Shown here: positions 1-9,387 of the stretch, piece after piece
Layout: each line of letters begins with the position of its first letter
Position numbering within the stretch: position 1 is the first letter of the stretch
Assembly: GCA_014193115.1 (NCBI GenBank)
Contig: BJHQ01000003.1
Location: 2,768 to 66,767 of the forward strand
DNA from: Planctomycetota bacterium
GTDB taxonomy: Bacteria; Planctomycetota; UBA11346
DNA: 64,000 nt
Reading direction: 5' to 3'
Made by a program: the position numbers and the translations under genes
The notes under the pieces: generated by a model
The model's database searches: none
What the model was told of the DNA's origin: nothing
The model's input: the letters and a program-made list of their open reading frames with translations, nothing else

Positions 1-983
1 AAAGCGATCAGCCGCTCCGGATCGCTGGCGTTGTCCCACAACCAGGCCAGCCGGCGGGCTCGGTCCTTTGCCAACGGTTGACGCTCGAGCCAGCCCTGGC
101 GCTCCGCCGGATCCGCGTCGGACAAGCAGACGGCGGCGGCGAGATCCGGATGGTCTCCTGGCCGGATCCGCGCCAGACGCGCTAGGGTCGCCGCCGATGC
201 CTGGCGCAAGGGCAAGGCTTCGGTCAGGCGGCCGCTGTCGCCGAGCAAGGCCAGCCAGCGCTCCGGATGGGGCCCGGCCAGCGCCTTGTCCCATTCCTGG
301 ATGATGCGCTCTGCTGAGAGCCCGGTCAGGGGCACGGCGACCAGGCCGGTCCAGGTCTGCGGTTCGATGGTGAATCCCAGGTGGGCCGCGAAGCGCAACG
401 CCCGCAGCAGACGCAAGCGGTCTTCGCTGAACCGCGCCAGTGGGTCACCGACGGTGCGGACCAGACCGGCGCGCAGGTCCGCCAAACCCCCGACCAGATC
501 GCTGATGCGTCCGGTTTCCGGGTCCATCAGCAGGGCGTTGATCGTCAGATCGCGGCGGCGTACGTCCTCGACCACGTCCCCGAACCGCACCGCATCGGGA
601 CGGCGGCCGTCGCTGCTCGGACCATCGGCGCGATAGGTGGCGACCTCCACCGCCTGGTCGCCTTGCAGCACGATGACCACCCCAAAGGCCTTGCCCACCG
701 CCACGGTCCGAGGAAACAGCGCTTCCACCCGGTCCGGCACGGCGTCGGTTGCGACATCGACATCGTGGACCGGCCGACCAAGCACCAGATCGCGCACCGC
801 ACCACCCACCGCCTGGGCTTCGTGCCCGGCAGATCGCAGGTGGGCGATGACCGCCCGGGCCGCTGTCCACACCGGGCCGGTGAGGCTGGCCGGATCGATC
901 TGATTCCTGGCGGACGGTGCCTGTTCTCGGTTTGACTGCGCTGGCTCGCTGGCTGGCGCCGATTCCCTGGCGGACTCCGCCAT
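1..983 (-). CDS. CCA-adding enzyme / poly(A) polymerase family tRNA nucleotidyltransferase (3' end runs off the window)
   Basis: Manual minus-strand translation from ATG 983 (GGAGGA RBS just after the dnaN stop) gives the class II motifs AVGGAVRDLVLG..DVDVAT, EVATYR, RRRDLTINAL and FSEDRLRLLRALRFAA. It is missing from the ORF track because it is truncated. Confidence 0.9.
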   Translation of the reverse strand, partial: MAESARESAPASEPAQSNREQAPSARNQIDPASLTGPVWTAARAVIAHLRSAGHEAQAVGGAVRDLVLGRPVHDVDVATDAVPDRVEALFPRTVAVGKAFGVVIVLQGDQAVEVATYRADGPSSDGRRPDAVRFGDVVEDVRRRDLTINALLMDPETGRISDLVGGLADLRAGLVRTVGDPLARFSEDRLRLLRALRFAAHLGFTIEPQTWTGLVAVPLTGLSAERIIQEWDKALAGPHPERWLALLGDSGRLTEALPLRQASAATLARLARIRPGDHPDLAAAVCLSDADPAERQGWLERQPLAKDRARRLAWLWDNASDPERLIA

Positions 984-1000
984 CTGGCGCTCCTCCGGAT

Positions 1001-2173
1001 TCAGCTCGGCAAGCTGATCGGCATGATCAGATAGGTCGCCTCGGGTTCGCGCATCACCAGGCCGCGGCCGAGCTCGATGCCGAACGTCTCGGCTTCGTAG
1101 ACCCGCAGCACATCTTGCAGATATTTATGATCGATGGCGAAACGCTGAGGGTTGCCGCGGTAGACGCAGGCCACCGGGATGCGGGCGGTGCCGGTGGTGT
1201 GGTTCAGGTTGTTCAGGACCGCCCGGTCGGAGTCCAGGTTGATCACGATGCCGCGGCTGTTGCTGCTGGTCATCAGCGCCGCGCGGCGTACCGCCGCAGC
1301 CAGATCGGCGGTGCGGAACTGGACCGCACCTGCCTCGGTCACGGGCTTGGCCACCAGCGCGTTGCGGTAGCTCGGGAAGGTCCCATCGACCAGCCGGCTG
1401 GTGAGGTCGACCTGGAGGCCCTGGGCCAGGTTCAGGCGCAAGCACGCGACTTTGCCAGCCACCGCCAGATCCACCCGTTCCGGTTCATTTCCGGCCATGA
1501 TCCGCTGCACATGGGCCACCGTGGTGGCTGGCAGCACGATCACCAGGCACTCGCCATCGGCCGGGGTGAACCCTTCCGACTTGTCGACGGCTTCGGCCAG
1601 CACTTTGCCATCGGTTGCGGCCAGAACCAACTCGCCATGGCCCACCGCCACCATCATTCCCGAGAGCACGGCGCTGGTCCGGTCCTTGTCCATCGCGAAG
1701 GCGGTCCGGCTGAGCATGCCGGCGAACCGCCGGCCTGGCAGGCTGAACACCTGGTGGTCGGTCGGGAAGCCGGCAACCGCCGGGAAGGGTTCGCCGATCA
1801 CCGCCTGCACCGCGTAGTCGCCGTCGGCCAGCTGGATCGCCAGCTGGCTGGCCTCGCCGCGGACCTCGTGGCGCAACAGGACGGTCGGCGACGACGATTC
1901 CTTCAGCAGTTCTGCGAGCTTGCGGGCCGGAACCACCGCCTGGCCACGACCGCGGATGTCGACTTGGCGGACCACGCAGCGCAGGCCGACCTGGAGATCG
2001 GTGGCGATGATCTCCAGACGGTCGTCAGTCGCTTCGAGCAGCAGGTTGGTCAGGATCGGCCGGGTGCTGCTGGTCGGCACCACGGCATCGGCTGCCTGGA
2101 TCGCTGCGAGCAGGACATCCCGCTGGCATTCGATCAGCAGCGTGGGAGCGGGCGAGACGGCCGGATGGTCCAT
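1001..2173 (-). CDS. dnaN: DNA polymerase III beta sliding clamp
   Basis: RPILTNLLLEA, ATDLQVG, ATDGK, SRLVDGTFPSY and C-terminal YLIMPI; 390 aa. Confidence 0.95.
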   Translation of the reverse strand: MDHPAVSPAPTLLIECQRDVLLAAIQAADAVVPTSSTRPILTNLLLEATDDRLEIIATDLQVGLRCVVRQVDIRGRGQAVVPARKLAELLKESSSPTVLLRHEVRGEASQLAIQLADGDYAVQAVIGEPFPAVAGFPTDHQVFSLPGRRFAGMLSRTAFAMDKDRTSAVLSGMMVAVGHGELVLAATDGKVLAEAVDKSEGFTPADGECLVIVLPATTVAHVQRIMAGNEPERVDLAVAGKVACLRLNLAQGLQVDLTSRLVDGTFPSYRNALVAKPVTEAGAVQFRTADLAAAVRRAALMTSSNSRGIVINLDSDRAVLNNLNHTTGTARIPVACVYRGNPQRFAIDHKYLQDVLRVYEAETFGIELGRGLVMREPEATYLIMPISLPS

Positions 2174-2519
2174 GACCGGTTTCTAGCACGACCGGGCCGT
2201 TGGAGAAAGGGCGCCGGCCGCCACAGCGGTCACGGCGGTCCACGAGCAGCGCCACCAAGGTCCAAGGGCGGCCGTCGGGTGGTGAGGTGTCATGAAGAGA
2301 GACTCTTCTTCTCTCTCCTCTGTCCGGACGATTCGGTCGATAACGCGTAAAGCATGACGGGGCTTGGGGTTCGCGGCTGAGCAGGCAGTCGGCAAGGGCA
2401 CGGCCGCAGACGCTTGCCGGTCGGAACCGGCGAGGCCCTCACGATTCACCCGAAGACACCCGACTTTTCGACCGCCCGCCGCGACTTGCCCGACCAGATG
2501 GGACCGTGACCGTGGTTCC

Positions 2520-3119
2520 ATGACCGGACGGCCAATCCAGCTGGTAGCCATCCTCAGCTGCTGCCTCTGCCTGAGCGGTTGCATCGACCGGATCATCGGA
2601 GCCTTCGCGTCACCGGCAGCCAACGCCGGAGCCACGGCCGGGGCGGTCGGCAGAGGTGTCGCCCAAACAGCCGCGCCTGCCGCGCCTCCGGGAACGATCG
2701 ACGCAGCCAACACCGCCTCGCGCCTGGATCGGTGGTTGAAGGATCATCCTGATGCGGAAAATGCAGATGAATTACGCAAGGCGCGGGATCGCATGGTGGC
2801 CAAGGACCAGGTCGCGTCCGGATACCGCAAGCCGAAACGCATAGCGGACGATCCCAACCGTGATGCCGACTGGGATCGCCGGATGGTGGCCGAAGCCCGG
2901 CGAACGTGGTGGATCGATGGCGTCCTGTACCAGGCCCTGCCGGTGGAGCGCCTGGGCAAGGTCGGAAATCCGAGCGATGAGCTCCGCCTCGATCCGGTGG
3001 TCGCTGAAGACGGCCGTCCGATCCCTGTGGATGCCCACCGCCGTCGCCCGCTTTCCCCGTACCAGTCCTTGGAGATCGAACCGGTCCGGCTGGGCTCGAT
3101 GCCGGTGGTCGGCCGATGA
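2520..3119 (+). CDS. hypothetical lipoprotein
   Basis: Signal peptide with lipobox LSGC after ATG 2520. Confidence 0.6.
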   Translation: MTGRPIQLVAILSCCLCLSGCIDRIIGAFASPAANAGATAGAVGRGVAQTAAPAAPPGTIDAANTASRLDRWLKDHPDAENADELRKARDRMVAKDQVASGYRKPKRIADDPNRDADWDRRMVAEARRTWWIDGVLYQALPVERLGKVGNPSDELRLDPVVAEDGRPIPVDAHRRRPLSPYQSLEIEPVRLGSMPVVGR

Positions 3120-3205
3120 TGCGCCCCACGGCGTGGGTCCCGCAGGCTGCTCCGGTACTGTTCATGGACCGTGGCGAGGCCAGGTCACTCCTCTAGGCTG
3201 TCATC

Positions 3206-4474
3206 ATGTCACTCAGCCAGCCCGAGCGAAGCGGATCCAAGGCGGGACATCCCGGATGCCTGATGCTGTTCGGCCTGCCGTTCTTCCTGGCCGGGGCGTT
3301 CGTCTTCTACATGACCGTTCTGGCGCCGTGGCTGTCCAGCCAAGCCGCCGCATCCTGGGTTGCGACACCATGCCGCATCATCCACAGCGAAGTGACGGAG
3401 AGCCGGGATTCCGATGGCGATCGGACCTATGGCGTGGACATCCGCTTTCGCTACCGATTCGCAGAGAAGGCTTACGAATCCGATCGCTACTGGTTCATCA
3501 TGGGCAAGTCCTCAGGGCGCGAGGAGAAAGCCGCTGCGGTGAAGCGTCACCCGGTGGGCAGCGAAACCACCTGTTTTGTCGATCCGAAGCACCCGGGCGA
3601 GGCGGTGATCGATCGCGAGCACCTCGGGTGGGAACTGTGGCTGGGCATCGTCTTAGGCGGGGTGTTCATGCTGGTCGGCGGCGGCCTGATGGTTGGCGGC
3701 GGGATCGCCTGGCGCCGGCGCAGCCGGCCGCGGATCGACGCGGGATTCGCGTCGGACCTGCGTGCGTCGGAACAGCCAGCCGCCGCCTTGCCCGACCGAG
3801 AAGCTGAGGAACCGAAGATCCTGACCTCGGGCGGTGGACGGTGGGGAAAACTGCTCGGCATCCTGTTCTTCGCCGTGTTCTGGAATGGCATCACCTGGAC
3901 CATCCTGCTCCTCGCCATTTGGCCAGATGTGCAGAAAGGCGATGGATTCGCCTGGATTCCGCTGCTCTTTATCAGCCTCTTCGTGCTGATCGGAGCCGCC
4001 GTCGCCCTGGCGGTGCCGTATTATCTGATGGCGCTGCTCAATCCCCGGGTCCAGGTGCGGGTCATGCCCGGATCGCCGGTCATCGGCCGTCCGACACGCA
4101 TCGCCTGGAGCCTGACCGGACGGACCGACCGCGTGGATCTGCTCACCATCCAGCTCGTGCTGCGCGAGAAGGCGACGTACACCCGCGGCACCAACACCAC
4201 CACCGACACCAAAGAGGTGTTCCGCCTCGACATCGCCCGCTGCGAGCCTGGTCCGGAGCTGGTCGAGGGCGATCGCGACGTGACGGTGCCGCTCACCGTT
4301 CCGCCCAGCTTCAAAGCCGACCGCAATGAGCTGGAATGGCAGATCGAGGTGAAAGGGAGCATCGCCTGGTGGCCGGACATCGCCGATGCCTGGACCGTGA
4401 CGGTGCGGCCGGCGACGCTTGAGCGGCCGGCAACGCCGGAGCGGCCGGCAATGCCGGAACGGAGCGGACCATGA
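3206..4474 (+). CDS. DUF3592-like membrane protein
   Basis: TM helix, then W..TPCRI.HS.V...DSDGDRTY...YRY, and CFVDPKHPGEAV; further TM pairs follow. Confidence 0.75.
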   Translation: MSLSQPERSGSKAGHPGCLMLFGLPFFLAGAFVFYMTVLAPWLSSQAAASWVATPCRIIHSEVTESRDSDGDRTYGVDIRFRYRFAEKAYESDRYWFIMGKSSGREEKAAAVKRHPVGSETTCFVDPKHPGEAVIDREHLGWELWLGIVLGGVFMLVGGGLMVGGGIAWRRRSRPRIDAGFASDLRASEQPAAALPDREAEEPKILTSGGGRWGKLLGILFFAVFWNGITWTILLLAIWPDVQKGDGFAWIPLLFISLFVLIGAAVALAVPYYLMALLNPRVQVRVMPGSPVIGRPTRIAWSLTGRTDRVDLLTIQLVLREKATYTRGTNTTTDTKEVFRLDIARCEPGPELVEGDRDVTVPLTVPPSFKADRNELEWQIEVKGSIAWWPDIADAWTVTVRPATLERPATPERPAMPERSGP

Positions 4475-4827
4475 GCATCCAGATCGTCCTCGACCGGGCG
4501 GCGGTCGCGCCGGGCGAAACGGTGACCGGCGAGGCGACGTGGACCCTGACCACGGCCCCGAAGCAGTTCGGTATTCGGCTGTTTTGGCACACCAGCGGCA
4601 AGGCCAGCCGCGACACCGGGATCGCCGGGGAGCAGATCGTCATGAACGCCGCGGCGAGAGGCAGCCAACGATTCTCGTTCGTCGCGCCGAGCAAGCCGGT
4701 CAGTTACGACGGACCGCTGGTCTCGATCCTGTGGGCGGTGGAAGCATTCGCCGATGCGGACGACACGGTGCACGAATACCTGATCATCAGCCCGACCCGG
4801 GAACGGTTGACGTTGTCCGGGGCCTGA
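4471..4827 (+). CDS. hypothetical protein (small beta-sandwich-like)
   Basis: ATGA overlap with the upstream gene; IRLFWHTSGK and P.SYDGPLVSILWAVE resemble the C-terminus of the upstream protein. Confidence 0.65.
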   Translation: MSIQIVLDRAAVAPGETVTGEATWTLTTAPKQFGIRLFWHTSGKASRDTGIAGEQIVMNAAARGSQRFSFVAPSKPVSYDGPLVSILWAVEAFADADDTVHEYLIISPTRERLTLSGA

Positions 4828-4840
4828 CCGGCGGCAGCAG

Positions 4841-5386
4841 GTGACTCCGGCCAGGCTCAACCCGTTCCGCAGCGAACGCATCGAGTCCCTGGCCTTTCGG
4901 CCGACCGGGCCCGGCCAGGATCTGGCAGGCATTCAGGAACGATGGGAAAAAGCAGGCCGTCGCGGCGCCGTGGTCGGTCCCCACGGCAGCGGCAAGACCA
5001 CCCTGGTCGAGCAGCTCGGCCGGCGGCTGGGCGACACGACGTGGGTCGACGTGCGGCCCGGCGTGGCGCCGGTGACGTCATCGTCGGTGCTGCTGCTCGA
5101 TGGACTCGAACGTCTGCCCTGGCTGACCCGCCGGAGCTGGTTGGCGGCCTGCTGCGCTCCGGGCCTCATCGCCACCCTCCACCGCCCCGGATGCGGCCTG
5201 CCCGTGCTGCTGCGCACCACGACCACACCTGACGTGCTGGAAAATCTGGTGGCGGAGCTGCTCGGTCAGCCGGTGGATGACCACCGGGCCGCCGAATGCC
5301 GTCGGTTGTTCGCCGAACATCGCGGCGACCTTCGGGCCTGCCTGGAAACGCTGTATCGACGCTGGGCTGGCGAAGAAAGCGGCTGA
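4841..5386 (+). CDS. small P-loop ATPase
   Basis: Walker A GPHGSGKTT and Walker B LLLDGLE. Confidence 0.7.
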   Translation: MTPARLNPFRSERIESLAFRPTGPGQDLAGIQERWEKAGRRGAVVGPHGSGKTTLVEQLGRRLGDTTWVDVRPGVAPVTSSSVLLLDGLERLPWLTRRSWLAACCAPGLIATLHRPGCGLPVLLRTTTTPDVLENLVAELLGQPVDDHRAAECRRLFAEHRGDLRACLETLYRRWAGEESG

Positions 5387-5492
5387 ACCGCCATGGCGCA
5401 AAGACGGCAAGGAAAGGCTGGAATACCAATCAGAAGTGGATGGATCGTCATCCAAACCTTCTCGCCCCTGGCGCTTTGGTGTCATGGCGGTT
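5386..5492. repeat. inverted pair of AACCGCCA(A/T)GGCGC-type dispersed repeats
   Basis: AACCGCCATGGCGCAAAG...CTTTGGTGTCATGGCGGTT. Related copies lie at ~50097-50130 and ~51489-51516. Confidence 0.55.
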
Positions 5493-5549
5493 CCCCAACA
5501 GCGTCGTCATGGTCGAGAGAGGCGCAAACGTCTGCAAAGAGTAACGAAT

Positions 5550-6410
5550 CTAGTCGCCCCGTCCGCGCAGCCGCCACGCGCTCGGACTTACCCCGACCAC
5601 TCGGCGGAACTGCTTGTTGAGGTGTTGAACATCGGAAAAACCCAAGCGTTCAGCGATCCGCGCCACCGGCAGGTCGGTGCCGCGCAGCTGGCTTTGCGCC
5701 AGTTCGATCCGGCGGGACAGCAGATAGCCGGCCATGGTCGTGCCGAAGTGGGCGCGGAAGGCCCGGGCCAGCCAGTTCGGCGACAAGCCGACCCGGCGCG
5801 CGATGGCCGAGGCGGAAAGCGGTGCCTCCAGCCGTCCATCGATCAGCGCGGCGGCCTGCTGGACGGCGGCGGTGCTGCGCAGAGCGCGGTCCTGCTCAGG
5901 CCGGCGGCTGCCGATCCACGCCGATCGGCCTCCGATCAGCGCCATGGTCAGCAACAGATCCAGCAACACCGCTCGGGCCGTGGCCCGGGCCAGATCGGAT
6001 TCCGCAGCCGGCGCAGCGAGCAGTCCGGCGATGCGCTGGATGCCGGACACCAGGCGGGTCCGGGCCGGCCCGCAGTGGACCAGCGCCGGGAGCAGCGCCG
6101 CTTCAGCGTGCGGGGCACCGCGCAACGGCCGGAAATGGACGCACCAGTGGTGGCCCGGATCGGGCAGATCGTAACGGGTTTCGCTGCCCGCCGCAGTCAC
6201 CGTGGCGTCGCCCGGGCGCAGGCCGAGCTCGACGCCGTCCAGCCGCCAGGTCCCGGAATACTCGTAGATGTGCAGGGCATGGGTCGGGCCGCGGTAGGAA
6301 TACGGGAAGCCGCGGTCGTCGAACCGGAACCGGCCGGCCAGGACTGGTTCGGGCAACCTATCGCACGGCCAGCGCAAACCGGGCGGAGACGTGGTCGGCG
6401 CAGCCATCAC
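5550..6410 (-). CDS. AraC family transcriptional regulator
   Basis: C-terminal HTH: IARRVGLSPNWLARAF...IAERLGFSDVQHLNKQFRRVVGVSP. Confidence 0.9.
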   Translation of the reverse strand: MMAAPTTSPPGLRWPCDRLPEPVLAGRFRFDDRGFPYSYRGPTHALHIYEYSGTWRLDGVELGLRPGDATVTAAGSETRYDLPDPGHHWCVHFRPLRGAPHAEAALLPALVHCGPARTRLVSGIQRIAGLLAAPAAESDLARATARAVLLDLLLTMALIGGRSAWIGSRRPEQDRALRSTAAVQQAAALIDGRLEAPLSASAIARRVGLSPNWLARAFRAHFGTTMAGYLLSRRIELAQSQLRGTDLPVARIAERLGFSDVQHLNKQFRRVVGVSPSAWRLRGRGD

Positions 6411-6496
6411 TGGTGGATTCCTACCACGGACCAGGGTCCCGGTCCAGTTGCCCGGAGCGATCCAGTGGGGCTAGGATGCGGTACGAGGAAACCGTC

Positions 6497-7363
6497 ATGC
6501 TGTCCGCAAAAGCCCCAAAACCCAAGCCAACTGCGCGGCGAAAAGCCGCAGCCAAGCAGGCACCACAGCCGTCCTGTCCCGACCACCGGGATCTTGCCGC
6601 CGTGGCTTCATTTTTTACTGAGCACGGTTTTTACCACGGCCGGGGCGTCTTCGATCCGGCCACGGTGGACCGGCTCGAAGCCGATTTCGACCGGATCGTC
6701 GCCCAGATCTCCGCCACCGGCGAAGACATCAACGCCCGCCGGTTCTGGGACCACAAGACCACCCGCAAGCTCGACGGCGACCGGCCGTCGGTGGTCATCC
6801 ACACCCACCAGGTGCAGAAATACTCGGCCGCCTGGTCCCGCCTGCTGCTCGACGACCGGTTGCTCGATGTCGTCGGCAGCCTGATCGGTCCGGACATCGT
6901 GCTGCACCACACCAAGCTGTTCCTGAAGCCGGCCGGGCGCGGCGGCGCCTTTCCGGCCCATCAGGACCACGGCTATTTCCCCACCCTGCGCGGGGCGATG
7001 ATCGCAGCCAACGTGATCCTCAGCCGGCAAGACGAGACCAACGGCTGCCTGCGGGTCTGGCCGGGCAGCCACCGCCACGGACCGCTGCCGGCGAGCAAGG
7101 GCGATGACGAGACGTTCGCGGCGCGCTTCCCGATCGCAGCTTCCGTCCCGATCATCTGCGAGCCCGGCGATCTGGTGATCTTCCATTTCTGCACCGTCCA
7201 CGCCTCGCTTGCCAACCGCGGCGAGCGCGACCGCAAGCATGTGCTGGTCCAGCTCCATCCCGGCGACGACCGCCAGCTTGACGGAGTTCCGCATCCCGAC
7301 AGCAACCTGGTGCTGCGCGGCTGGAATCCGCTGATGACCCGGCAGCGCGCCGGAGCGTCCTGA
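6497..7363 (+). CDS. phytanoyl-CoA dioxygenase (PhyH) family Fe/2OG oxygenase
   Basis: HTKLFLKP, FPAHQD (HxD), NGCLRVWPGSH and PGDLVIFHFCTVHAS; GAGGA RBS before ATG 6497. Confidence 0.9.
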   Translation: MLSAKAPKPKPTARRKAAAKQAPQPSCPDHRDLAAVASFFTEHGFYHGRGVFDPATVDRLEADFDRIVAQISATGEDINARRFWDHKTTRKLDGDRPSVVIHTHQVQKYSAAWSRLLLDDRLLDVVGSLIGPDIVLHHTKLFLKPAGRGGAFPAHQDHGYFPTLRGAMIAANVILSRQDETNGCLRVWPGSHRHGPLPASKGDDETFAARFPIAASVPIICEPGDLVIFHFCTVHASLANRGERDRKHVLVQLHPGDDRQLDGVPHPDSNLVLRGWNPLMTRQRAGAS

Positions 7364-7468
7364 GCCGGCGGTCAGGTCGGCGTGCGGCCAGCCGACGATC
7401 AGGTCGGCGTGCGGCCAGCCGGCGGTCAAGTCGGCGTGCGGCCAGCCGACGATCAGGTCGGCGTGCGG
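7364..7468. repeat. 27-bp tandem repeat x~4
   Basis: Unit GCCG(G/A)CG(G/A)TCA(G/A)GTCGGCGTGCGGCCA; the last copy overlaps the AraC stop codon. Confidence 0.9.
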
Positions 7469-8295
7469 TTCGCCCGCCAGGCGCTCGGCGCCACGCCGGA
7501 GTGGCGGCGGAACACCGTGGCGAACCACTGCGACGAGGGAAAGCCGAGCTCGTGGGCCACCGCCGTCACCGACCGCCCGGCGGCGAGCAGCTGCTTGGCC
7601 CGGGACAGGCGCTGGCGGCGCAGCCACGAGGCCGGCGGCTCGCCGACCTCGGCGATGAACCGGTCATGAAAACGGCTCGGCGACAGGCCGGCGGCCCGGG
7701 CCAGTGCGGCAACCCGCAGCGGCTGGTCGAGGCCGGTCCGGGCCAGGGCGGTGGCCCGGGCGATGGCCGGGCTGAGCGGCGACGCGCCATGGGCCGCGGC
7801 GGAACGCAGGGTCGCGACCAGCAGACGGTGCAGCGCCGCCCGGGCCGCGGCGGTGGCGCCCAGGCCGCCGGCCTGGCGATGCTCGCCGATGAGATCCCAC
7901 CACATGCCGGCGCTGACCTGGTCGGCGCGGAAGACCCGGGGCAGCGCCACCAGCCGGGCCTCCAGATCCGGCAGGTCGAGGCCCGGCAGCGGCAGGCGCA
8001 GATGCAGCCAGTACAGGTCGCAGGCCTGGAGAATCCCGTGATCGCCACCATGCAGTTCATCGGGATGGGTGAGGTAGCAATGGCCCTGCGGAACGGTGTG
8101 GGACTCGCCCTCGACCCACCAGTCGACCTCGCCGCGGCGCAGCCAGCACAGCTCCCAGGCGCCGGCATGACGGTGCGGCGCCAGGTCGAGGTCACCGGCG
8201 GCGAGGGGCCGGGTCCAGCCGAGCATCGGCATCTCGGGCAAAAGGCAGCTGGTGCCGGTGTACCACTCGCGGCGGGGACTGCGCAGGGACGGCAT
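7453..8295 (-). CDS. AraC family transcriptional regulator
   Basis: Cupin PHRHAGAWELC plus HTH LARAAGLSPSRF...VAHELGFPSSQWFATVFRRHSG. Confidence 0.9.
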   Translation of the reverse strand: MPSLRSPRREWYTGTSCLLPEMPMLGWTRPLAAGDLDLAPHRHAGAWELCWLRRGEVDWWVEGESHTVPQGHCYLTHPDELHGGDHGILQACDLYWLHLRLPLPGLDLPDLEARLVALPRVFRADQVSAGMWWDLIGEHRQAGGLGATAAARAALHRLLVATLRSAAAHGASPLSPAIARATALARTGLDQPLRVAALARAAGLSPSRFHDRFIAEVGEPPASWLRRQRLSRAKQLLAAGRSVTAVAHELGFPSSQWFATVFRRHSGVAPSAWRANRTPT

Positions 8296-8357
8296 GTATG
8301 GAATCCTCCTGCCCCGGACCCGGACGCCAGCGCCGGGAATCGGCTAAGCTGCACGCC

Positions 8358-9194
8358 ATGACCGACCCCACGATCTCGCTCACTCCCCGCGACATTGCCC
8401 GCTACCACGTCGAGGGTTTCATCTCGTTGCCAGCGATCACCACGCCATCCGAGGTCGCCCGGATCCGCACGATCTATGACGACCTGTTCGCGCGCCGCGC
8501 CGGCCATGAGCAGGGCAACCACTTCGATCTGTTCGGCGACGAATCGACCACCCGCGATCCACGGGACCAGGTGCCGCAGATCCTCGGCCCGGAAAAACTC
8601 GCGCCGGAGCTGAAGGATACCCAGGTCTGGGCCAATGTCCGGGCGATCGCGGAGCAGCTGTTCGGCGGTCCCTGCGACAGCCTGGGCACCCACGCCATCC
8701 TCAAGCCGGCGGGCTGCCCCAAGCCGACCCCCTGGCACCAGGACGAGTCGTACTGGGGCCGCAATGTCGATTACAACTCGTTCAGCCTGTGGCTGCCGCT
8801 CCAGGATGTCGACCAGACCACCGGCTGCATGCATTTCGTGGCGCGCAGCCACTGGGGCGAGATCCTGCCCCACCGCCCCGGCGCCGGAAATGCCCGGGTC
8901 CACGGGCTGGAGCTGGCGATCGATCCGCCGGCCGCGTCCGAGATCGTCGCCGTGCCCTTGGCGGCTGGCGGCTGCACCATCCACCACCAGCGCACCCTGC
9001 ACTACACCACCGCCAACAACGGCAGCGAACCGCGCCGAGCCTGGATCTTCGTCGCCGGCGTCGGCGGCCGGGTCCGTCATGCGCCCAAGATCCTGCCATG
9101 GCAGGACGAGCAGAAGACCATGCGCGCCGAACGGAAAAAGGCGTGGGATGAGCAGCAGGCCAAGGCGGTGGCGGCAGGTCGCGCACCCGCTTAA
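8358..9194 (+). CDS. phytanoyl-CoA dioxygenase (PhyH) family Fe/2OG oxygenase
   Basis: HAILKP, TPWHQDESYW, TGCMHFVARSH and GGCTIHHQRTLHY. Confidence 0.9.
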   Translation: MTDPTISLTPRDIARYHVEGFISLPAITTPSEVARIRTIYDDLFARRAGHEQGNHFDLFGDESTTRDPRDQVPQILGPEKLAPELKDTQVWANVRAIAEQLFGGPCDSLGTHAILKPAGCPKPTPWHQDESYWGRNVDYNSFSLWLPLQDVDQTTGCMHFVARSHWGEILPHRPGAGNARVHGLELAIDPPAASEIVAVPLAAGGCTIHHQRTLHYTTANNGSEPRRAWIFVAGVGGRVRHAPKILPWQDEQKTMRAERKKAWDEQQAKAVAAGRAPA

Positions 9195-9277
9195 GGCTCG
9201 CACAGGATGGCCTTGCGCGGAGCCGTTGCGGCGATGGCCACATCGCTGGAATGGCTCGGAACCATCGCCAAAAAATA

Positions 9278-9355
9278 GTGGCCACGATTTGATCAGGCGG
9301 CCAACGATCCCTGCGTCGCGCCGGCGATGAGGGCATCGCCGCTCCGAAACGCTCG
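9278..9355. repeat. REP/MITE-like element, family A (core hairpin CGGCGATGAGGGCATCGCCG)
   Basis: 78-bp imperfect inverted copy at 10095-10172; further copies at ~39738-39877. Confidence 0.75.
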
Positions 9356-9387
9356 CCGCTGTTGCGGCGCAGCGATGCTGGCGCAGC

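Noticed and set aside
68..935. plus-strand ORFs at the left edge
   Set aside because: Shadows of the minus-strand nucleotidyltransferase.
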